Of a stretch of DNA of 64,000 nt, positions 53,822-64,000 are shown piece by piece. The notes beneath the pieces are model-generated. The model made no database searches and had not been told where the DNA came from. It was given only the letters and a program-made list of their open reading frames with translations. Within the stretch, counting starts at the first letter, position 1. Each line of letters begins with the position of its first letter. Source of the DNA: Octopus sinensis. Its lineage: Eukaryota. The translations under genes were made by a program, and so were the position numbers. Where the stretch lies: NCBI RefSeq assembly GCF_006345805.1, contig NC_042999.1, positions 133,982,001 through 134,046,000 on the forward strand. Direction: 5' to 3'.

Positions 53822-53905
<84 letters not shown>

Positions 53906-54618
53906 TATACATTTATATATGTTTGTATTCATGTATGTATGCAATGCATCTGTGTGTGTGTATATATGATTGTAAGAATGCGTGTTGTGTGGACTCGTTA
54001 GTTTCCAGATCATGTGACCTCATTCGCAAGTTGGAATGGTGACGATTTAAAACACTGTGTTTATGAATGCAGGCATAAATAGTCGTATGTGTCACACATA
54101 TTACAAAAGGACTGTGTGCAAATATGTTTATGGTGTGTGCATGCGCGTAACTTTCTGTGAAGGCGACTGTATAAATTCGTATGTCTATATATATGACTCT
54201 CCGACCTAAATATGTGCGTTTTCATATGAAGCATGTATGAATAGATGTATACCTCTTGATTATATATTTTTGTAAGAACAATTTGCATGTGTGTATAAGT
54301 ATATATACAAAGGTACAAGATTATTTCTGGTATATATGGATATGATAAATACGCCTGATTAGTGATGATGAAAAACGAATGTATGTTAAATACGGTATAA
54401 AATTATGTGTAATATATTACATATATATGCATATACATATATGTATACGTGTACATACATATGTATATAAATATACATTTATGTGTATGCATATACTTAC
54501 AACCACACATGCATATATATATATATACACACATATACATATATACTTGTATATGCATAAATATGCACATACGTGCGTATACATGCATATATGCATATAT
54601 ATACATACACACACACAC

Positions 54619-54698
<80 letters not shown>

Positions 54699-54799
54699 AT
54701 ATATATATATATAATATATATCATCTAATAGAAAAACAAATTCCTCTTATAGGGATGGAAACATACCTAATACAGTAGAAAAACTTTTACAATATAAAT

Positions 54800-55420
54800 G
54801 GGTATATATGCAATATACAAAATAAAAGGAAAATTGAGAGTTCAAACTGACATATGTTAATTTATTAACATAACATTAATAATCATTACAATTGTTTCGA
54901 TTTAAATTAAAAACTAATAACAAATTATAAAAATTCATATTTTAGAAATATTTTGAGTAAAAATCTCATCAGGGTAATTCAGGATAAAAGTTTACATATT
55001 AGAGGTTTGACATCCTTAAAAATATTGAATTATTCAATATATTGATTGATTAATTCAGTCTGTTTAAGGATCTCAAACTTCTAATAAGTAACTTTTTGTC
55101 CTGAATTACCCTGATGAGATTTTTACTCAAAATATTTCCAAAATATGAATTTATATAGATTTGTTATTCGTTTTGAGTGTGAATCGAAACAATTGTAGAG
55201 ATTATTAATATTATGTTAATAAATTGATTAATAAGTACATTGATTAATTCAGTCTGTTTAAGGATCTCAAACTTTTGTCCTGATTTATCCTGAGGAGATT
55301 CTTACTCAAAATGTGAATTTTTATAAATTTGGTATTGGTTTTTTTTGTTTGAATCGAAACAATTGCAGGAATTATTAATATTATGTTAATGAATTTTCCT
55401 TTCATTTTGCATATATACAT
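54800..55420. mobile_element. Foldback cluster of three hammerhead-bearing repeat units (one minus, two plus)
   Basis: Inverted arms at 54859-54990 and 55092-55225; tandem third unit at about 55240-55392. Confidence 0.8.
55104..55205 (+). ncRNA. Type I hammerhead ribozyme candidate
   Basis: CUGAUGA (55111-17); 15-bp stem II with 1 mismatch (55118-32 / 55171-85); GAAA (55186-89); palindromic ACAAUUGU stem III; GUA site (55195-97). Stem I is degenerate in this copy. Confidence 0.65.
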
Positions 55421-55543
55421 ACATCTTTGCTAGTATGTACGCAGTGAAGCTATACAATAGCGTTGTATTTATTACGATTGCTATTTTCCAGTAAATATTG
55501 GTGTCTTGTTGTACCATTTATCTACTTTTATATGTGTGTATAT

Positions 55544-55603
<60 letters not shown>

Positions 55604-55609
55604 TCTATG

Positions 55610-55661
<52 letters not shown>

Positions 55662-56131
55662 CAGGTAGGCAATACATACGCATATCATACACAGCAGCGC
55701 GCGACTACACCCACACGCAGACAAACATACACATACATACACACGCACCCACGCGTAGTTTTACTGCCCCCTTGCCGTGGTGGTGCTTAAACACTGAAGT
55801 AAATGACAGAGAATGGCAACACAGAGTTAGTAGTAAGTCATATGTTGGAGGGGTAGTGGAAAGAGATAGAATAAGGCTGAGAGATCGCGTAGATAGAAAG
55901 ATGGATAAAGAGAGAGAGGAGGGTAGAGAGAGAAATACAATAAAAAACCTGGCTACACTGTTAATTAATTGTCAATATCCTGCATACTTATTCATCCCAC
56001 ACGGCTTCTGTACATTCCAGAAAACTCAGAGAATAGCGCAACATAATCATCCGTGGTAAATCCACTATTTGATAGAATTATAGATGAATATTGGTCTATT
56101 GTCTACCTTTTCATCTCCACTGTCTCCACGG

Positions 56132-56156
<25 letters not shown>

Positions 56157-56167
<11 letters not shown>

Positions 56168-56340
56168 ATTCGAGACAAAACCACTATTTTAAAACCAAAC
56201 AAGGAAAGACTTAATCAATACATAAAATTTTAATATCAATAGTGGCGGTTTATTTAATTTATATTAAAATTTTATGTATTGATTAAGTCTTTCCTTGTTT
56301 GGTTTTAAAATAGTGGTTTTGTTTCGAATTATATTATATA
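56157..56340. repeat. 80-bp-arm inverted repeat, 24-nt loop
   Basis: Arms 56157-56236 and 56261-56340, one difference (G-U in plus-strand RNA). Confidence 0.9.
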
Positions 56341-56412
56341 ATATTTTACTATAAATTGGATTTAACCCTAAATCTGATTTTTCCTGTAATTTTGGATTCA
56401 TTCCCTAATATT

Positions 56413-56501
<89 letters not shown>

Positions 56502-56524
56502 ATATATAATATATATATATATGT

Positions 56525-56765
56525 ATACTTTGATACTTTGATAGGTTTTGGCCATTATTGGCCCAGGCCATGTCTAACTTAATAGCACCACCTGGTGAAG
56601 TCTTTCAAGTCAGAATTTGGGCACTATGGCCCACTCAAGTAGAGAGTTATTGTTTACAGAGACATATCCGGGTGTAGGGGGTTTATCCGGGATTTCTTGA
56701 AGGAATCTGTCCAAAGACTTCTTGAACCCTATAGGGTCAGTTTCTGTTTTTTGGTGTAATAATGT
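56525..56765 (-). mobile_element. 3' end of a CR1/Jockey-like LINE
   Basis: FKKSLDRFLQEIPDKPPTPGYVSVNNNSLLEW*, then a 3' UTR ending in (atcaaagt)n tandem tail. Confidence 0.7.
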
Positions 56766-57445
56766 ACATACATACACCCACACGCACACAAACATATATA
56801 TATAGATAATATATATATATGTAATTTATCTATATAGATGCATATATGGATATAGGACGACACCAACGGTGCAAATAATATGAAACACGTAAGCAAACGA
56901 GGGAAAAACAAGTGAAATACGCAAACAATGAGAAAAATATGGAAAACAGGACAAGTAAAAACAGAGAATGTACCCTTCATCAGTTGACAGCTGTCTACCT
57001 ACTCCTCATTTCGAGCATTCTATGACAGTATGAGTTATCAAAGACAGTTGCTCCGATAAATTCTAAAATAAAATTTAGGATTCATGGAGGGCCAAAGTTG
57101 GGAACAAAAAAAATAACAGTGGAGGTATACAAGGAAATCGAACGAAAACAAACATAGAAGGTCGTTAGGCCAGAACGAGAGGAAGATAGTGAAGATAGAG
57201 AAACACGTCCGTTCTTTTAAACGTCCGCGCAGGAAAAGAAAGATGTATGTATGTAAATATATATATATATGGATGTATAGACATATATGTATATATGTAT
57301 ATATATATGGATGTATATATACATATATGTATACGGTCTGTGCATGTTGTATACATCATGCTATACATATATATATATATATATACATATATAAATACAA
57401 ACATACATACATGCATACATATATACATACTTACATATATATGTG

Positions 57446-57491
<46 letters not shown>

Positions 57492-57782
57492 ATGTATATA
57501 TATATCGCTTAATTATTACGAAAACCTGAAGATTTCTAGTCTTATGTAATCCTTTATAGTACCATTTCATTTTTATTAGAACTCAACAGCATGACATAAC
57601 CTGATGTATATAAATTAAATTAAACGTTTTCTGAATCAAGATTTTTCTCAAAGATGGAAAATAATTACAATTTAAGAATATTTTTTTCTTTTATTTGTAT
57701 TTCATTTCTGTTTTTTATTTTATTCTGGTTTTATCGTGGGGTCCTGTTTGCTGGTGACACATTTTATTTAAATATCCGGATG

Positions 57783-58084
57783 TAAAAATATGTCCGGGTG
57801 TATATAAATCCTTGTTTATATGCGTTTCTTTTACTCCAGCTGTGAAAGGGCCTAGCCTAGTGGTTTGGATGTTTGACCTATGATTATAAAATTATCAGTT
57901 CAGTTTTTGAACCTGGTGCTGCGTTTGTCCTTGATGTTGCGCCAATCTGCTTTATTTCAAAAACTGAACTGATAATTTTATAATCATAGGTCAAACATCC
58001 AAACCACTAGGCTACGCCCTTTCACAGCTGGAGTAAAAGAAACGCATATAAACAAGGATTTATATACACCCGGACATATTTTTA
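57783..58084. repeat. 129-bp-arm inverted duplication including a SINE head
   Basis: Arms 57783-57911 and 57956-58084, one mismatch, 44-nt loop. Confidence 0.9.
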
Positions 58085-58272
58085 TTACTGGGTCACGAAT
58101 GGGTAGTTGGAAGGTGTGTCTATGTCTGCTCATGACTACATACATTTCCATAACAACTAATCAAAGCAAGGTACACGATACCAGTCCATTATCGCTTGTG
58201 CGTGACGTATAAAGGTAATCTTTACTCCAACTATCAATGCACGTGTTCGCGTGTGAACTGGTGTGTGTGTGT

Positions 58273-58336
<64 letters not shown>

Positions 58337-58952
58337 AGAATACTGTTGCTTCTAGTTTCGGCCATTCACTTAGACAAAAATGACTCTGCTATCCTCTATC
58401 AGACCATACTTCCTATCGCTTACTACTCTTATAGCTTAATCCGACTTATTGAAATTGTCTTCCCTCTCTCACAGGTTTATCTTCTTTCTTTAATCTCATT
58501 GTAGTTCATCCTCTTGAAATTCTCTTCTTTCTGTCCTAATTGTTCTCTCTCACTTCCTCTTTCTCTTTTTCTCTCTTTCTTTCTTTCCTTCTTTCTCACT
58601 CTCTCTCTTTCTTTCTTTCTCTCCCCCCTCTCTCTCTCTCACTCCCAGCACTAATACTCTCCCGATTCCTGCCATTTCTTACTGCGACCTGGTGCTCATA
58701 CATTAAGGACGAAAAAAAAATCTCTTTTTATCTTTGAAGAAGTATTTTGCCCGAAACGTTGAAAACACTTCTCAATTTTAAACTTAAAAAATAAATATGT
58801 CTGCCGATGTAAACCTGACTTACAAGCACACAAACACACACGTGCGCGCACACAAATGCGCACCCACCCATGCATGCATATATACACAAATACAACACTT
58901 CTATGCATTTATATGTACCTATATAATATATTATGTATGCATTTATATATTT

Positions 58953-58985
<33 letters not shown>

Positions 58986-59274
58986 ATACGAGTGCGAAGG
59001 CAAATGCATGTATAATGTAATACATTTGTATATATTTAGTACCCCTATCTAATTAAAACAAGCCACATCAAATATCAATAATTGCATAGCTCATCGCAAT
59101 TTGACGTCTGCATGTCCAAAACTGTATTATCTACATGTCTAAAGAAAGAACTACTACAGTCGTGATCAGTTTCTGAACACTTTCGGTAAATGTTAAATAA
59201 TCGAGACACATACAAGTATTTTGGTCATATCTACAAGTATGTTGCTTTTATAATCCACATTGCCTGATAAGGCA

Positions 59275-59357
59275 AGTAGCTTGCTTACCAACCACATGGG
59301 TTCGAGTCCAGTCCCACTGCGTGGCACCTTGGGCAAGTGTCTTCTACTATAGCCGCC
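59275..59357 (+). mobile_element. SINE family A 5' fragment
   Basis: gcaagtagcttgcttaccaaccacatgggttcgagtccagtcccactgcgtggcaccttgggcaagtgtcttctactatagcc. Confidence 0.8.
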
Positions 59358-59494
59358 TGGAAGGAGGAGTTGAGTGTTACACCAGCGCCTTGCTGATTCC
59401 AATTTATAATAAAGCAGATTGGCGCAACCTCAAGGACAAACTCAGCACCAGGTTCAAGAATTGAACTAATACAGCTTGATGTTTTGCCTTTTTA

Positions 59495-59539
<45 letters not shown>

Positions 59540-61973
59540 GCTGCTGCTGCAGCTGCTGCTGCTGTTGCTGCTGCTGCTTCTGCTGCTTCTGATGCTGCTG
59601 CTGTTGCTGCAGTTGCTGCTGCTGCTATAGTTATTGCTGTTGCTACTATTGTTGCCGCTGCTGCAGTTGCATATGTATATGCTTGCATGTATATATATAG
59701 ATATATGTATATATGTGTGCATACGTTCGTATGCACATATACTACGAGTTTCTGCACAGTCAAGTCTGCGCCCATTATGTTGCACCACAAACCTAAAACT
59801 GAAGAATTTGAAGCTGTGAGCCAGTTTCAGTTCCTAAATGAAACTATTCACCCCATTTAGGTTACTAATATTGTTAACCAATGCATATATATCACATCAT
59901 CACATTTCTCTTTTCTACTAATTTTAACTTGGTAGCTTGTGAAATTTTGTTAATATCTTTTTTTCTGTTTATGTGATTTATCATTGTACAAGGCGGGATA
60001 TTAAAGCTCGTTAACATTGTGAGGGATTTCGGTTATTAGAAAGTCATATGGTTTCTTGTACGTTCTCAGTGGCGTATTGTTGATACGATAGAAATTACAT
60101 CAAACATGTATTGTCTATGCACAGAGACCCACAAAACATTCTCCTATGGGGACATAAAAATCTCATTTGTTTTCTTGTATAGCACAAGGACAAAATAAGG
60201 ACATATTACGGAAACAATGTTGATCCTTTCACTCTTTGGTTTCGGACTACACGCAATTAAAAGCCTGAAAGGTTGTACAAATGTGAGATCTGACAATTAC
60301 GGATGATCTCTCCCTCTCTCAAGCAATTTCATTTTCATAACATAAAAAGCCTCATAACATAAAAAGCCTCATCCTAGAGACTAGTGGTCTCCTTCAGCTG
60401 CAAACATCGTTTGATTCTCTAAAAAATAACTCGGATAAGTTCCACAGTGGAGTAGTACTCTTCACATATGAAGTCCAATCCTTCACCCGAACAACTTGAT
60501 CACTCCTCCAATTTACTTCTTACTAACGTTGTTTCTTGTAGATTGCGTCAACTACTGTTTAAACTGAACATCAACCGCACAAATCACATGAATCTTGGCA
60601 GACACACAAAAGTCATCAACACTATGCCTTTCAACTAACTAAACCATATATAATGTTCGTTGAGTACTTGCTTATAACAGAATGATACATATATGTAAAT
60701 CTATACAGTAATCATACAAACATGGCAAATTTACCTACAAGGTAGTGCTGAATAGTTCCTAGTTTTAAGGGTATCATAAAAAGGCCTGGTTCGAGGCCCA
60801 GACTTCCGAGTTATTTTACAGGACTGAGAAAAACTGAAGGAACGCTGCTATGTGTGAATCTGAGAGGAGAATGTGTTGAATAAAATCATAATTAACTGAT
60901 CCTTCTGTATTTTCTTTTACTCAAAGCCAGGAACCTTTCAGCATCCCTTCATATTTCTTCGTAAACTGAGAAAATGATAAGCAACGTTAATCGATTTTTG
61001 ATCTTTATTTAGGGCTCATCGGCCGTGTCTGCATCACTTGACCAGTCCCATAGAAACAAGTAGCCCATCGGTTTATATACACATGTAGTAACTCCAGAGA
61101 ACTGAAGCTTCTAATTTGCATACTTTAAGCGTTTCAGTCTATAATTCAAATACATTTTTAACCCTTCTGTGTATGGTAGTGGACTAGTGCAATCGTTGAA
61201 CGTCGGTCGGAATACCTTCTGTTATTTGTTCCTACTCTTTGTATTCTGAGTTCAAATCCTGCTGAGACCTTCTTGTGGTAGACTTAATCCGTTGCTTAGT
61301 AATCACCATCACTACTTGGTCTTTTAATGTCTTTAGTAGAATCTATCCTGTTGTAAGCATTCAGTCAGGCTTTCCAGTCTGTTGCTAACCTTCTCCCGCC
61401 GTCTTACCACTCACGTAAAACATATAAAGTATAATGGGCTCTGCAATTTCTCCTAAGTGAAATACACTGGAAACTGTTTATTGTAATTCTGGCTGTTATC
61501 AACCAGTTACAGTTATAATAATTAGACATCATGACACCAAAATACTTCATTTGCTTAACTTTATCAGCTGGATATGGGCGTCAGCTAAATATTATAAAAC
61601 GGAATTATCCCAAAGTGATTCTAATACACGCTTCCTTCATGTGACAGAAGTTCTGCGTATCTCAGAGCAAGGTGTCATTGCGAAAATAGCTTTCACGTTT
61701 CTGAATTCATGTTACGCAAGGTGTTTCTAATACGCAAAGCTTCTGTAAGGCGGGTATTTAGCTAGTGACGTCGAAGTACATAAATGAGATGTCTCAGTTT
61801 TCAGCGAAATATTGAAAGTGCGACAATGTGTGTGCAGGGAACTGATGAGTGGAAGATATGAGTGGAGTGACAGAATGTGAGAAAGAAAATGAAAGGGACG
61901 AATAAATTAGAGAAACACGCAACCGGAAACAAAATAAGGAATATGTAGCAGTAGCAGTAGCAGTAGCAGTAGC

Positions 61974-62062
<89 letters not shown>

Positions 62063-62371
62063 TTGGTGATGGTGATGATCATGGTAGTGATAATGATTAT
62101 GATGTCGAAGATGATAAGTGATCAATGATGGCGGCATCGTGAAGGGAAGAGTGTGTTGATGGTAATGATAACATTCGGTAATGGTGGTGGTGGTGGTGAT
62201 GATGATGACGATGATGATGACGATCGACCATCATGGTGACGATGACGATGGTGGTGATGGTTGATGTCTTGACGATCGTGGTGTTGGTGATGAAAAAGAA
62301 ACAAAATACACCACAATAATGAAAGTATGTATTGCGAAGCTCAAAATAGCGATAAGAAATCATCCAGAAAA

Positions 62372-62449
<78 letters not shown>

Positions 62450-63199
62450 GTGGGTGGGAGAGAGAACAAGAGAGAATGTTAGAAAAGACGTGATGTGAAC
62501 TACAGCAGACAGTTTGGCTGCGCAGTATGTGTGCGTAAGTGCACAAATGCATGTAGGTGTGCATGCGTGTGTATGTATGTGTGCATGTGTGTGTATGTGT
62601 GTGTGTGTGTGTGTGTCACACACTGCGTCCCTAAAGGCGAAGCCTATATTAATCAGTTTGAGGATCGGTGGAACGGTGGATGACGAACAGAGTCAAGTGT
62701 TGGTTCGGTGAGAGAAAGAGCAATGCTGTCCAATATATATTGCAGAGACATTAATAAACGGATTCCAATTACATGTAAGCCAACGGTCATTAGTTTAGCT
62801 CGTTATCAACAACATCAGTGCCAGAATGAACACCCTACTAGTGCAAATGCTATCACCTAACATGTTCTGTATAAATTGACAGCCTTCGAACAGTACAGGA
62901 GGAGAGAATAGAAAGGCGCCACACACAGATACATATGCATAAATACACAGATCCATGCACATACAGATTTGTTCATAATCATGAGCACACATGTGCTCAC
63001 AATGTACAGAAAGCAAATATATACATACATTATATATATATATGCATATATGTATATATATATATATAATATATAATATATATATATATATATTATATAT
63101 ATATATACACGTATATGCGTATGTATATTTGTGCATATATGCATATATGCATATATATATGTATATATATGTATGTGTATATGAATGTGTATATGTATA

Positions 63200-63262
<63 letters not shown>

Positions 63263-63613
63263 ATATATGTGTGTATATAAATATATCTTACGTCCTGGTA
63301 AGTTATTTCCAGAGAAGCAGTCAACCCGAGTTCTGGGCTATCAGCACTGTCAGATTCCAGACTAATACCGAAACTTTTTCAAGTGTCGAAAATCCTGGTT
63401 TTACGGAGGTAAAACTTCTGTGTAGCAATGAGTAAACTATAATCTAAATAATAAGACGAAGAAATCCATTAGTACATTTTTAACGATTCGTTACAATTGT
63501 TTCTATAAAACCTCTGCTTGGAACACCCGTTTACATAATATTCGTAGCGAAAATTTACGTAGTATTTGCGGCTTTAGACGTTAGAGCTGCACTTTATCAG
63601 ACTTGACTCAAAG

Positions 63614-63862
63614 GTGGAGGCGCGTGGCTTAGTGGTTAGGGTGTCAGCACCATGATCGTAAGATTGTGGTTTCGATTCCTGGACCGGGCGACGCGTTGTG
63701 TTCTGGAGCAAAATACTTCATTTTGCGTTGCTCCAGTCCACTCAACTGGCAAAAATGAGTAACGCTGCGATGGACTGGCGTCCCGTCCAGCTGGGGAACA
63801 CATACTCCATAGAAACCGGGAAACTGGACCCATGAGCCTGACTAGGCTTTAAAAGGGCGCAT
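63614..63862 (+). mobile_element. tRNA-derived SINE, head H2/CORE-like + tail T2
   Basis: gtggaggcgcgtggcttagtggttaggg...ggtttcgattcc (A/B boxes), CORE-like gtgttctggagcaaaatacttcattttgcgttgctccagtccactc, tail ending aaaagggcgcat. Confidence 0.9.
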
Positions 63863-64000
63863 TTATTATTTTTATAATATAAAAGCACCCGTTGGATGCA
63901 AGTCTGACAAAGCACTACACTAATGTTTAAAACCGCAAATATTGCGTAAATTTTCACTTCGAAATCTTGCGTAAACTGGCGATTGTTCATTAAAGGCATG

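Noticed and set aside
56965-57025. CUGAUGA on the minus strand within a repeat-like segment
   Set aside because: No downstream stem II-GAAA-stem III could be identified.
59800-61800. Long non-microsatellite stretch as a possible exon cluster
   Set aside because: No sustained ORF, recognisable motif or convincing splice pattern; only a faint family C SINE remnant near 61180-61270.

Overview
This is an AT-rich, microsatellite-dense eukaryotic intergenic or intronic window. The SINE repertoire suggests an octopod cephalopod such as Octopus (inference). I recognise no intact host protein-coding gene; nearly all ORF-track entries are translations of simple repeats. The window is a layered transposon graveyard. 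It holds several tRNA-derived SINE families, a 5'-truncated RTE LINE, CR1/L2-like LINE remnants, a pogo/Tigger element, three mariner (DD34D) derivatives, a DD41D-like element, a maT (DD37D) element, a 5.7-kb hAT, Merlin-like GG-TIR elements with 8-bp TSDs, and Helitron-like termini. The most interesting signal is a set of short non-coding elements from at least four unrelated sequence families that carry type I hammerhead ribozyme (HHR) folds with palindromic stem III. One has a complete G3-C8 swapped core, and one is the 3' tail of a tRNA-headed SINE. Four of these loci also have an inverted copy placed head-to-head upstream, resembling Penelope-like-element (PLE) pseudo-LTRs, yet no PLE ORF is present. 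This suggests a non-autonomous, ribozyme-bearing, probably PLE-dependent retroelement system. All alignments and folds were done by eye; family names are pattern recognition, not database hits.
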